A DNA stretch of 64,000 bases from Octopus sinensis. Its lineage: Eukaryota. A program made the position numbers and the translations under genes. The notes beneath the pieces were generated by a model, which did not search any database, was not told the origin of the DNA, and saw only the letters and a list, made by a program, of their open reading frames with translations. Position 1 is the first letter of the stretch, and the number at the start of each line of letters is the position of its first letter. Below, one piece after another: positions 26,054 through 39,492 of the stretch. Location of the stretch: NCBI RefSeq assembly GCF_006345805.1, contig NC_042998.1, positions 150,102,001-150,166,000 of the forward strand. The letters run 5' to 3'.

Positions 26054-26545
26054 GAATTCGTGAGACTGTTTATTAATCACTACAATCGTTTCGACCCATC
26101 ATCCATCGGTCCCTCGCAGTACAAACAGTTGTGGTGCATTATTCGGAGCAGATGCGCCTCGTCAGATTATTTGTCAAATCGTTAATCTCCATTTTGCTTA
26201 TTTCGGTTAGAGTACATTTTGGTAATTTCCTCTAGCTAGTCGCATCTTGTATATTTATTTACGATTCTTTTTAAGTAGGTTTATTACCTATTAGCGAACA
26301 GGTCATCATTCATATTCCTGTTTTCTCCTGTATGCGACTAGCTACAGGTAAGTACCAAAATGTGTTCAAATCGAAACAAGCGAAACGGAGATTAAAGAAC
26401 GAGATACCTTTTGACAAATCACCTGATTAAGCATGTCTGCACCGAATGATGCACCACAACCAGTTGTACAGAATGTCAGACGCGAGTAACCGGTGCATGA
26501 TGACTGAAAACGATCGTAGTGATTAAAAATAATCTCGTGAATTTC
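26054..26545. repeat. Old inverted pair of hammerhead-like arms (Penelope pseudo-LTR relic)
   Basis: 26054-26245 is inverted relative to 26330-26545. Minus arm: CTGACGA...GAAACGATTGTA. Plus arm: AATCAC-CTGATTA...GAAAACGATCGTA-GTGATT. Confidence 0.7.
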
Positions 26546-26717
26546 ATTATCTTGATCTTTGCGTACTCTACAGACAAGAGGAAATTCCTGAAGTGATTCC
26601 AATGCGAGATATACCCATACTATTGATGACATGAAGTAGTCGAATACTTTACACGGCATACTACCAGGTGTATATTCAAACTGAAAATTATTAGTTGTGT
26701 GTGAGTGTATGTGTGTG

Positions 26718-26767
<50 letters not shown>

Positions 26768-27236
26768 AGTCATAATGAGGATATTCAAACCTCTTGTAGG
26801 GATATTTATCCAGGATATACTGATTTACTATATTAAATTTTGAAGAGATAATATTTCAATGAATATATTATATAGAATATAGTGAGATAATAGACATTTT
26901 TATTGAGTTAGAAAACAGAGAGATCTAATGTATGCAAATTAATTTAATAATTAATCAACATATTAACCAACAATTGTTTCATTTCTCAAATAAGATTAAA
27001 ATTACAAAACATACATAGAAATATATTTTTTCATTTTAAATACCGTGTAAGGAAAATCGTCAGGGTTTTCAGAGGACAATAAGGATTACATTAGGATACA
27101 TTCGGAATATGCAGAATATATAAATATGTTTACTATGCGTGTATGTATATCTGTGTGTACGCATGCCTTAAAATTATTCTTTTATTTCAATTTAATGATA
27201 GTAATATTAACAATCATGAATACTGGGTTAAATAAT

Positions 27237-27705
27237 ATGTGTATGTATGTATGTATGTATGTATGTATGTATGTATGTATGTATGTATGTATGTATGTAT
27301 GTACGTATGTATGTATGTATGTATGCATGTATGTATGTATGTATGTATGTATGTATGTATGTATGTATGTATGTATGTATGCATGTATGTATGTATGTAT
27401 GTATGTATGTATGTATGTATGTATGTATGCTGTATGTATGTATGTATGCATGTATGTATGTATGTATGTATGTATGTATGCATGTATGTATGTATGTATG
27501 TATGTATGCATGTATGTATGTATGTATGTATGTATGTATGCGTGTGTGTATGTATGTATGTATGTATGTATGTATGTATGTATGTATGTATGCATGTATG
27601 TATGTATGTATGTATGTATGTATGTATGTGTGTGTGTATGTATGTATGTATGTATGCGTGTGTGTATGTATGTATGTATGTATGTATGTATGTATGTATG
27701 TATGC
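27237..27705. repeat. Long (TATG)n microsatellite, ~470 bp, with CATG/CGTG variant units
   Basis: Direct reading. Confidence 0.97.
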
Positions 27706-27976
27706 GTATGTGTGTGAGGGGAGCAATAAAGCGTTCCCTGATGATCCATTCTGGTTAAGCAAACCAAAAGCACTTGGAGCATCTAATGCAGGTTCCAGAC
27801 AACCATAATAGTGAAACGTACGTATAGAAGTTTCCTAAGCACAATACAAAAATACACACACACGGATATCTTTCCTATAACTAACACCCTCCCCAGACAC
27901 ACATATACAAACGTAGATAATCTGATATAGATCTATACATTTATATGTATGCATATATATATTTATGTATATATTT

Positions 27977-28048
<72 letters not shown>

Positions 28049-29064
28049 AATTACGTTCATCACCCGAACACGCCCTTCCATATTGCAAATGAATCACAGA
28101 TTCAGTAACAGAAGAATTACTCACCAAGTAATATAGAATTACTCACTCTGGCAACCATTCTCTGCACACAAACATTCGTGTGTACGTACATAAATAAAAG
28201 TGCATGCACATCCATACAAGCTTAGATACGTACAAGTATATGTACAAGCATAAATTCACATACGAATACTGATTTATACATACATACTTACCTACATATG
28301 TACACACTCATGTAAACAAATATATTCGTACGTATAAACAGGCATATACACTTGCGTACAAATATATATACATAGACACACAAAAATAGATATATAAAAA
28401 CATATGCATTCATGCACACTTACATACGTACGTGGATATGTGCATACATAAAGACAGACGCACACATACATACAAACATTTGTATATACATATATACATA
28501 AATACATACATGCATACATGTACACATAAAAATATATACATACATACATACAGACAGACAGACAGACAGACGAACATAGAGACATATGCCAACTGCTCTC
28601 ATATGCTTTTGAAGTGAGTTAGTCATAAGAGGAAGGTCAGCAGTCGTCACCCTTGACCTTTCTAAAAGACACCCGACATCGGTGGGGAGGAAAGAGAATA
28701 AAAAGCACATCTCAAGTATTGACAGAATAGAAAACAGAACATAACAATAATTTGGCCTTATTGGCTACATCTGGAATTGGGGACAGCGCCCGTGGATTAA
28801 ATAGGCTCCTTTAAGAGAAAAGGGATATGAAAGTGGTTTAGAGTTTAAGGATACAATACTGGAAGGGCTCCATTACAGAGCTTCTTAGACTTGTTTTCCT
28901 AGGGTCTCTACAAAAGTCTGAGGGTGTCAAGTTTGTGAACTATAGTTGAGTATGGTAGGTTAGGGAGGAATGAAAAGTGTCAAGTTGATAAGAAGTTCTA
29001 TATAGCAATTTTCAGGTTGATCTGGAAATAGAGGAAGGTCTTTAACTTTTGTTTGTAATGTCAA

Positions 29065-29452
29065 TACAGGCGCAGAGATGGTTGTATGGTTAAGAACCTC
29101 ACTTTGGAACAATATGGTTTCGGGCTCAGCCCCACAGCGCAGCACCATGGCTATGTATCTTCCCTGTGTATTGATCGGTCCTTGAACCAACCAATGCATT
29201 ATGAGTGAATTTGGTAGGCGGACTGGGTGGAGGACCGTCGTGCAAGAATGCGCGTGTGCATGCGTTTTGGGGTTTGTGTCCACCACAGGTTGACAACCGG
29301 CGTTAGCTTGTTTATGTCCTCATAACTTGGAGGTTCGGCAAAAGTAACCGATAGAATAAGTACCAGAATTCAAAAAGTTTGTTCGAGAAACCCCTTCAAG
29401 ACAGTGCTCCAACATGGCCACAGTCCAATGACTGAATCAATTAAAAATAAAA
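29065..29452 (+). mobile_element. Family A SINE
   Basis: Head TATGGTTAAGAA..GGCTCAGCCCCAC, middle TTTGTGTCCACCAC..TTGACAACCG, tail CCGATAGAATAAGTACC...GACTGAA. Confidence 0.8.
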
Positions 29453-30352
29453 GATAACTGGTTGGATATATTTCATAAACAATCTAAATACCGTATAAGA
29501 TCAATTTCCTTCCTGTGTTTCTTCATTAAGAACCAGTTAAGGCTTGTCCATATTGTCAGATAAAACACAAATCTACGTTAATTCAACACAAATGATTACA
29601 ATAAATCTCTTTCTAAATATATCTCCCAAATAACAGGAACGTTAATTCGCACAATTATGAGAATAATAATGAGAGACAGGAATTATCCCTGCCAACTAGT
29701 TTCAGAAATAGATCAGAATGGTTAGTTAAACATGAAACATAGAACACCCTTAAAGACCACAAGGATAGATCGTAGCTGGTTCAAAATGTAGATTAATTAA
29801 CCTATCACAGAAGAAGATTGGATTAACTAACAAACACATTTTAATTGGCATTAATTAGAAAATTAGGCAAGTCACCAATCTCCACTAATGGAACAATAGC
29901 CTCACTGTATTGAACTGGTTTAACATTACAAATAATGTTTGGAGCCCAAGTTTACTTAATTGAATCGTTGTTTGAATTCTATTTATCCATTTCTAAATTA
30001 TTGCTTACCAGCGCTCTAAACTTTGATAATCTTTACCATAACGTAAAACGATACAGAAATCATCGTACATTTCACAAGGACTTTACTTTTTCACAAAAAT
30101 CCTGCCAGGGGTTAAAAATCAAATGTTATGAGTTCATTTGGTGTTCGACGACAGCAAGATCTATAACCTTATTAATTATGTATCTACCATTCTCTAAACT
30201 GAAGATATACATACATACATACATACATACATACATACATACATACATACATACATACATACATACATACATACATACATACACACACACATACATAAAT
30301 ATATATGTGTGTGTGTATATATCTATCTTTCTATCTATCTATCTATCTATGT

Positions 30353-30388
<36 letters not shown>

Positions 30389-30507
30389 ATATATAATTAA
30401 TATAGACAGCAGTTTGCAATGTTTCACCAAAATAGAGAATTACAAATGTCACTAAATGCTACTATATATAAATGTATGTGTGTGTGTATGTATGTATCTA
30501 TATATTC

Positions 30508-30624
<117 letters not shown>

Positions 30625-31400
30625 TCCATCATGTTTATACGTTAAGATGTACGACTGCTACTGATGAAGTTAAAGCTTTGTGCACAAGTATCGTCATCCA
30701 GTCTACTTCCAATCGCTATATCAACATCCGCTGCAGAAGATGTAAATAGCCACAATGGGTGGAACATGCGTAGGGAACAATTGACATAAACTGCATTTCT
30801 CTCACACTTCTTGTTATGTGTGTGTTTGTGTGTGTGTGTGTAATTCTTGTTTTTAACTGTTGAACTTGAAGCATATCAAGCTATAAATAATAGCGAGTAA
30901 ATATTGGTTTTAATTAACTCTACATCTATTTATATGACATGCGTTCTATCACTGAACCAGAGCAATGCATCGAATTTCCGTATTCATACAATTCTAATCT
31001 GATTGGTTTAAAAGACGGGAAAATGTCCATAGTTTCTCTCGTCTAGAAACAAAAACGATTTCCTTCTCCAGAGGTCGTAAATTGACTAGAAGAAATCAAA
31101 CCTGAATTTATTGTAATTATCTCCTTTCTTCTTTGTAAGCAACCAAAAGTAACAATAGGTTTTGGTATTCCTTGTTCCACTAAGACAGAAATTTGAAGTA
31201 ATCGCGAATATTTTATATATGCTATTTAGTACATCAATCCTTCACTTATTTTGTCGAAATTCATGTCATTGAGCTGTTTAAGTTATTTCCCTTTGTCCAG
31301 TTTACTTGACAGTTTTTTAAAATCCTATCAAAATATAATCCTATGATCTCTGGCCTATCGTCAAAAAAATCTTTTACACAACTGCTCCTTATAAGGCATA

Positions 31401-32688
31401 TATTGGGTTGGCAACCAAATTCCCGCTGTTTTTTTAAATTTTGGAAATTACTGCGTTTGTAAATTTTGGAATCTATTTTTTTCGAGAATTCTATTTTTGA
31501 ATCCTTTTGGAATCTATTTTGTTATTGTTTTTGTTTCTTTTTGTTAATTTTTGTTAATTTTTGTTTATTTTCAGATCATTAAAATGGAATGTCAAGTTAA
31601 GAAAAACGAGCATTTTTGACACCTCCTTTTTGCGTTTAATGAAGGTTCTAAGACCGCAAATGCTGCTCGCGACATTTATGCTATGTATGGAGAGGGTCCC
31701 ATAGCTGAAAGAACCTCTCGTGTTTGGTATGTCAAGTTCAAAAATGGAAATTTTTACCTCAAAGACACACCTCGTTCTGGCCGTCCAGTTGAGTTCGATG
31801 AAGAACAATTAAACCAACTTTTGCACGAAAATTCTCATCAAACGACGAGGCAACTGGTAGAGAAAATGGAATGCTCCCACAATGCTATAGAGAAGCATCT
31901 TTACTCGATGGGAAAGGTTCAAAAGTATGGAGCATGGGTTCCGCATGCTTTAAGTGAAAACAACAAAAATCAACGAGCCACAATCTCCGCTGCTCTGCTT
32001 GCTCGTCGCCGCTCAACTCATGGACACAAGCAACGATTTCTTTACGGAATCGTTACTGGCGACGAAAAATAGTACCTGTACATCAATATGAAGCAGCGTA
32101 GGGAATGGTTTAGCCTCGGTAAACAAGTAACACCGCGCGTGAAACAAGATCTTCATCCGCGTAAAACGTATGGTGGGACTGGGAATTCATTCCGAATTGC
32201 TTGAACAGAACTAAATAGCCAACGCGGAACTCTATGTTCAAAAGATGAAACGACTCAACACGGCTATTCAAGAAAAAATACCTAATCGTCAGCATGGAGT
32301 TCTTTTGCTGCACGACAACGCACGCCCTCATATCACCAATATGACCAAGAAAGCCATTCAAACGCATGGCTGGAAAGTGCTGCCACACCCGCCGTACTCT
32401 ACTGATTTGCCACCAACAGATTTCCACCTCTTTCGATCTCTTTCCAATGCTATGCGCAGAGTTTCGTTCATTACTGATGCAGAATTGAAATCTTGGTTGG
32501 ATCAATTTTTCGAGTCGAAATCGGGTGATTTCTAACAAGGAGGTATTGAAAATCTTGTTCAACGTTGGGAAGAAGTTATAAACAACAAGGGTAAATGTAT
32601 TGTTGATTAATTAGTTGTTATTTTTTATTAAACCATTTAAAAAAATTAAATTTTAAAAAACGATGGGAACTTAGTTACAAACCCAGTA
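31401..32688 (+). mobile_element. Full-length decayed mariner transposon (DD34D-type) with TIRs and TA TSD
   Basis: TIRs TTGGGTTGGCAACCAAATTCCCGC and GATGGGAACTTAGTTACAAACCCAG; motifs WVPHAL, IVTGDEK, LLHDNARPH, HPPYSTDLPPTDFHLFRSL; stops and frameshifts. Confidence 0.93.
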
Positions 32689-33140
32689 GATACGAAATAC
32701 GTTTCTTTTTTAATTTCCTGCTTTTTGATTCAACACTCTTTTCTCGCTGATCGTCGAAGCTAATATAGCTAAACTTTTCATCAGCCTCATTGAATATGAA
32801 CAAAGTATATATTAGACACAGTTGCATATCAAATCTGAAAACTTAAATTATAAGAAATCGACACAACATCTCTATTCTTCGCTGTGTCTGTGAAATCTTG
32901 TATCTCTGCCGTAAAGCCTTACTCCCTCACACGTCAGCTTAATTTAATTCCTCCTTACTCAAAAACACCTGCTGTTATGTTCTGTTATTTGTGTAACATT
33001 CTCCTTTTTTCCGTCCTTGTTTTCGTATATATTCGCTGCTTTCTTTCAAGAGATCTAATGCTCTTAGGTTAGTTTTTCCTTAGGGCTTGCCAGATTGGAT
33101 CAATCGCGTTCTTACCCCATTTTGTATATGTATGTGTATG

Positions 33141-33209
<69 letters not shown>

Positions 33210-33419
33210 ACTTTGTTACATTTGCTTATCAGTACTGAGCCCTGTTAACAAACTGTTAGTGCAGGCGTTGGTTAACATAATTAATATGTTACATAATTCG
33301 ATAAGAACCTACACCACTATAAAAAAGTGAATCTCCACAAGAAGCTCCACTTTAAGGAGAAAGCAACAAATGCATTCTCCTACAAAATCCACAATAAAGT
33401 TAACGACTATGTTCTGTGC

Positions 33420-33520
33420 ATTAAATTCATAACGAAGATCGGAACTTGTAATCTGCGGACATTGTATAGGAGAGGGAAGATGCACCGCTACCGAGATTGA
33501 CAGCTCCAAGCGGACATTAG
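33420..33520 (+). mobile_element. Short relic of an RTE-type APE N-terminus
   Basis: KIGTCNLRTLYRRGKM resembles the IGTWNVRTL motif. Confidence 0.4.
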
Positions 33521-34184
33521 CCCTTTATGTATTCCTCACACTGTAGAAATATACCTGTTAATAATAAATGCCTACTTTTCCTGGCCAACTACGTGACTTT
33601 AAAGGGGTTATATATTTAAAGAAAAGAGCTAAATATAAGCATAGAAACATGTTTTCTTCGACTTTTCCAAGATTTATCCCCTTCCTTCAATATTTTACCG
33701 TTTTAATATTCCTCAGCATAAGGGGAATGGACTGTTTAACAAATATTTACCGAGACCATTTCTGGAATTGTGTGGATTATCGAAGAATATAGTTAGCCTT
33801 TCTTGAGAACCTGACTTCAGCTGCATTAAGGCTTGTGTGCATCTATGAGTAGGCGTGTGCCTCTGTGTGTGCGTGTGTGTGTTTGTGTGTATGCATATAT
33901 ATATATATATACTCACACACATATAATACAATTAAGATTCAGTTGAATTAGGTACTTAAATTGAGGCACTTCGCTAGGTCGGAATAATATACACACACAA
34001 CAATATTAATTAAATATCAAACTTGGTACATAAGTACTGGCCGAATGATATCATTGCAGTATATGTAGACAGCTAAACACAGCTGAGTGAAAAGATTTGC
34101 TCCTAGCTTTTCAGACATGTTCTTTATATAAAATTTACTGTCCATAATATTTACGAAGGGCAGATTCCGAGGGAGGTAAATAAA

Positions 34185-34626
34185 ATATAAATGAGTAACA
34201 AAAAGGTATAGGTGTCAATCCATTACGGCCGTTTCCAGAGGCTCCTTTAATTGATTTATGAAAACATTACATCTTTGTAAAGAAACCGTTTTCGTCACAT
34301 GAATTCACGAACTTCAAAATAAATGACATTCAGAATAATATAACATAGTTTAAAATCCACGGTGCAAAACGTTTACATTGATTCTGCTACTATTTCAGTT
34401 GGCAACTGAAATACTAACAGAAGCAGATTCACTGTAAATGTTTTTGCTCTGTGGATTTTAAACTATATTAAATCATTCTGAATGTTCTATGTTTTGAAGT
34501 TCATGAATTCATGTGACGAAAACAGATTCTTTACAAAGAGTTAATGTTTTCATTAATCAATTAAAGGAGTCGCTGGAAACAGCCGTAATGGATTGGCACC
34601 TATACTTTTCTGTTACTCATTTATAT
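34185..34626. mobile_element. MITE-like element with ~85-bp imperfect TIRs
   Basis: 34185-34269 is the reverse complement of 34542-34626. Confidence 0.8.
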
Positions 34627-34776
34627 ATATATATATATGTGTGTGTATGTATGTTTTATGTATGTATGTACGTATGTATGTATGTATGTATGTATGTATG
34701 TATGTATGTATGTATGTATGTATGTATGTATGTATGTGTATGTATGTATGTATGTATGTATGTATGTATGTATGTA

Positions 34777-35160
34777 GTGGAGGCGCAATGGCCCAGTGGT
34801 TAGGGCAGCGGACTCGCGGTCGTAGGATCGCGGTTTCGATTCCCAGACCGGGCGCTGTGAGTGTTTATTGAGTGAAAACACCTAAAGCTCCATGAGGCTC
34901 CGGTAGAGATGGTGGTGATCCCTGCTGTACTCTTTCACCACAACTTTCTCTCACTCTTACTTCCTGTTTCTGTTGTACCTGTATTTCAAAGGGCCGGCCT
35001 TGTCACTCTCTGTGTCACGCTGAATATCCCCGAGAACTACGTTAAGGGTACACGTGTCTGTGGAGTGCTCAGCCACTTACACGTTAATTTCACGAGCAGG
35101 CTGTTCCGTTGATCGGATCAACCGGAACCCTCGTTGTCGTAACCGACGGAGTGCTTCCAA
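34777..35160 (+). mobile_element. Apparently intact tRNA-derived SINE (family C) inside a (TATG)n array
   Basis: TGGCCCAGTGG A box, GGTTTCGATTCC B box, CpG-rich body, (TATG)n on both sides. Confidence 0.9.
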
Positions 35161-35167
35161 ATGTATG

Positions 35168-35201
<34 letters not shown>

Positions 35202-35426
35202 TGTATGTATGTATGTATGTGCGTGTACTCAATATACATATACTTCAGAATAAAGAGTTAGTCGAGTACAAATGATAACGGAATAGACAACTTACAGTTG
35301 TTTCCACTATCTGATGCAGTGGGCTCATATTTGAGTAGCCGAATAACACCTTTTAGCTTCAAAGGTGCCTCGAATAATCGTTTATTCCTTTGTCAGCTCT
35401 TTGTCTAATATAGGCGTTGGTGTGTA

Positions 35427-35593
35427 GAGGCGCAGGTGTAGTTGTGTGGTAAGAAGCTTACTTCCCAACCACATGGTTCCGGATTCAGCCCCACTGCGTG
35501 GCACCTTGGACAAATGTCTTCTACTATAGCCTAGGGCTGATCAAAGCCTTGTAAGTGGATTTAGTAGACTGAAACTGAAAGAGGCCCGTCATC

Positions 35594-35682
<89 letters not shown>

Positions 35683-36295
35683 ATAGAAATATTATATATT
35701 AGAAAATATATATTATATAGTAGAAATATCTTACGAAAAGAAAATATAAAATACACGTGGAAATGTAAGGGTAAAATATGAAAAATCAACGAAAATGCAT
35801 ATTGCAAATAGAAAAATGACAGGTAATGACAAATATATACATTTAGATTGACTGAGGTAGTAATACGAGTCATAAAGGTCATTATTATGAGATGATTATA
35901 AGAGGATAATAAAGTAAGAGAACAAAACGAACCAGTGGTTTACGCGAAGGCTATTCATCGTTTGAACAACACCGGTTAATATGTATGTATGTATGTATAT
36001 GTATTTATGTGTGTATATATATATGTGTGTATATGTATATATGTATGTATGTATGTATTTATGTGTGTGTCTGTGAGTGTGTCCCCACCCCGCCATCGCT
36101 TGACGACCGATGCTGGTATGTTTATGTCCACGTAACTTAACATTTTTCAATAAAAGAGACCAATAGAATAAGGACTATGCTTAGAAAGATTAAGTCCTGG
36201 GGTGGATTTCGATGACTAAGACCGTTTAAGGTGATGCTCCAAGATGGCCGCAGCCAAATAACTGAAACAAGTAAAAGAATAAAAGAGTAAAAGAA
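35427..36295 (+). mobile_element. Family A SINE with an expanded internal (TA)n/AT-rich segment (head 35427-35592, tail ~36060-36295)
   Basis: GGCGCAGGTGTAGTTGTGTGGTAAGAAGCTTACTTCCCAACC head; GTCCCCACC..CGCTTGAC..GACTGAAACAAG tail. Confidence 0.8.
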
Positions 36296-36732
36296 TATAT
36301 GTAGAGAGAGAGAGATATATATGCAGGCACACTTACACACACATACATACACGCACACATATAATAAGATTGCTTCTGAGCCGCTGCTTGTATGTAGAGA
36401 GAGACATAGTTTACATGTAGGCCGTTCTGCTACACTGCTACTCTGAGCACTGTACTTTCCCGCCCTCCAATATATATTTATTCCTCTCTACTACTTTCAA
36501 ATTCCTCTATTCAAAATTCTGGTTATGTTCTTTCTTAGAAAATTATTTAGATATACCAACAAATGAAACGTAATAAAAATATAATTATGTAAACTTAATT
36601 TGATGCATGAATATGGAAAATATAAACTTGTTCGGATATCAACGCATGGCAAATGTCAACAAAATGTTGACTAGAGTCGTAAGTAGTACAAAATACTTCA
36701 GTGACTGCACAAATATTTTCAGATTACAATAT

Positions 36733-36928
36733 TGCTTTCAAATTTTGGCACAGGATGAAGGATTAAGTCAGTTACATTTACCCCAATACTCAACTGGTAC
36801 TTATTCTATCAATCATGACAGAATGAAAGGCAAAGCCGAAATTGGCGAAATTTGAACTCAGAATATAACGACGAACGAAATGCTGCTAAGCATTTTCCCG
36901 GTGTGCTAATGATTCTGCCACCTCATCT
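36733..36928 (-). mobile_element. Family B SINE
   Basis: Reverse complement of the 5756-5975 copy. Confidence 0.8.
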
Positions 36929-37973
36929 CAACACTTTGAGATTACAATATTAACATGAAGTGTAGTCACTTCTGGATTCGTCACAAACATTATGCATTTG
37001 AATTCTAAAAGCAGGGGAGAGAGAGAGAGAGAGAGAAAGTGTGAGAGAGAGAGAGATAGAGAAAGAAAGTGAGTGAGAGAGAGAGAGAGAGAGAAAGTGT
37101 GAGAGAGAGAGAGATAGAGAAAGAAAGTGAGTGAGAGAGAGATAGAGAGAGCTTCAAAATATCTCAAGAGAAAACGAGAAAATGAAGTATGTGACTCTTC
37201 AGCGGTTGACGTGACACATGTCATCTGTAGCTACCTCAAAACGTTATCAAGATACGACCTACTATAGCATCGTATTGTTACTAACACACTATACAATGTC
37301 CTGGTATAAATGCAACGGCATCGCTGTGATGAAATACACAAGACCGTAAGAGACACTGGTAGAACATTTCCATCAAAACGTCTACAATCATAGTTGCCCG
37401 ACAGACATGAACATCTCTTTCAGAACCATTGTAAAGGAGAATATCTATGGACAACTAGCCTGACTATAAATTCCTCTAGCCTGGTTATAAATTGACATTT
37501 TCTTACAAATAATCATTGGTGCTCTTGCTTATGTGAATAAGTGCCTTAGCGACAATCTGGAGAAGCTAGAATTTTCTAGTAAATAAAGAGACTGGATAGC
37601 ACGAATATTGCAAATACAATCTGTAAGCAGAACAGTGAAAATTTGCAAGACTTCCCAAAAGCTTCACATTTAACAACTGTTGATCTTGTTATAAAAATTC
37701 CAACAGTTGTTTTTTTTTTTCTTTTTTCCTTCTTTTTTTCCCCTAATAATCCAGTTCCATCATTCTAGAAAGAAATTTAGTAGAATAGAAGATCTAATAA
37801 AATAGAAATGGAACGCACACAAACACGCGTGCGCGCACATATACATATATTTATATATATATATATATATATATATAACGGGAAGCTTTATGAAAATAGA
37901 CAAAAGACGAAGGCAGGTGGAAAACAAACAAACAATTGTATTAGTATGGCGCTCAGGAAATATAAATAAAACA

Positions 37974-38014
37974 AGTCTTTAACGTTTTGAGCCTACGCTC
38001 TTCAACAGAAAGAT
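37974..38014 (-). ncRNA. Degenerate minimal hammerhead-like motif
   Basis: Minus strand TCTTT-CTGTTGA-A-GAGC-GTAG-GCTC-AAAA-CG-TT-AAAGA; two core substitutions relative to CUGANGA/GAAA. Confidence 0.45.
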
Positions 38015-38382
38015 ACACAGAGAGAAAAAAAATGCGTGCAGTAACTAACGAATCAACATGGCGATATATATATATATATATTATATATATGTATATATAT
38101 ATATATATACATGAATAATCATACACAAACACACAGACACGCATATATGTGTGTGTGTGTGTGTGTGTGTCTGTGTCTGTGTGTGTATGCATGCATATGG
38201 TGTTTTCGGACGATTTCAGTCTTTGCCAGTATATGCAACTATGTGGTTTCACCACAGCATTAGAGCATTTTAGCTCTTATTTCTAGCAATGTTGGTGTTT
38301 TTAACACCCTAGTCACCTTTAGTGACGATTATAGTTTTCGCTTTTTGTGAAACATTGCAAACTGCTGTCTACATTAATTTTC

Positions 38383-38439
<57 letters not shown>

Positions 38440-38444
<5 letters not shown>

Positions 38445-39316
38445 GGGTGCGATAGGTAAATTGTCGCCATTTTATACTTTTTATTTCGAGTATGCGCATT
38501 GCTTGCTTCTGATTTTGTCGACTACACAGTATAGTAGGTCCGTTGGGCACCGTCTGTGAGAAAACCACCACCATGACGCAATTCCCTCTGCCAGAAATTT
38601 GAAAACAACATGCTGCGCTGCTTGGCATTCACGCCAGAAGCTCCAGTACGAAGATTTCTGAATGTTTGGGTGCCAGTCTGAGGATATGTACCAAGTGTGA
38701 TAAAAATCAAGCATCCAGTTAACATCATGGTGTTAGGAGTGATCACCAGTGATGGCGACACTATGTCTCAATTCATGTTCCCACATGGTCTCAGACTCAA
38801 CATGGAGGCCTATATCAAGTGCCTGCAGGAGGTAGTACTGCCCTGGGTCAAGAGGGTGACTGCTGGAAGACCCTATGTCTGGCAACAGAACTCCACATCA
38901 TGCCATACAAGCAGGAGAACTCAGTCATGGCAGTCAGACAATTTCTGCGACCACATCACTCCTAACATTAGGCCACCTAATTCCTCATACTACAACCCTC
39001 ATGATTATTATATATGGGGCGCAGTTGAGCGAGAGGCTAACAAAACTCTTTGTAACACCAAAGATGAACTGAAGGCAAGGATTATGGCAACATTCACCAA
39101 CTTAAACGAGGAGACCATCCAGAAGAATTGCAGGAGATTCCGAAGTCGTCTGGAGGCCGTGGTTGAAGCCAATGGCGATTTTATTGAATAAATTTACTCA
39201 TTAGTATTTCAAGATATCTCTATGTAATTTTGGTAAATACATCTGTTAAAATGAGATGTCAAGTGTTATTTTCATTTTTGCGTAATTTAGACGACAATAT
39301 ATTCACTGCATCCTGT
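38440..39316 (+). mobile_element. Internally deleted Tc1/mariner-superfamily element (maT/DD37D-like)
   Basis: IMVLGVITSDG, YVWQQNSTSCHTS, PPNSSYYNPHDYYIWG, CRRFRSRLEAVVEANG; imperfect TIR AGGGTGCGATAGGTAAATTGTCG / CGACAATATATTCACTGCATCCT. Confidence 0.8.
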
Positions 39317-39454
39317 GTGTATGTACTATATGTACACATGAAGCTATATAACCTAGTAGATAGAGTGTTGCGGCACTGTGTTGGTATGTATGTAAATACA
39401 TACATATGTGTGTATGTGTGTGTTTGTGTGTGTGCGCGCACACGCGTGTGTGTA

Positions 39455-39492
<38 letters not shown>

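Noticed and set aside
26279-26347. 69-bp open phase 1-1 segment with AG and GTAAGT borders
   Set aside because: It lies within the inverted Penelope-like relic and the peptide shows no recognisable similarity; not called as a host exon.
31583-32610. Domesticated mariner gene (SETMAR-like)
   Set aside because: It has stops, frameshifts, intact TIRs and a TA TSD, and no SET domain; it is an ordinary dead transposon.
34777-34855. Possible tRNA gene
   Set aside because: A/B boxes are present, but there is no complementary acceptor stem and it continues into a SINE body; the same applies to the other SINE heads.
35297-35400. Minus-strand segment ending at a GTAAGT donor (…EPTASDSGNN, vaguely Ig-like)
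   Set aside because: No good acceptor before an in-frame stop and no supporting neighbouring exons.
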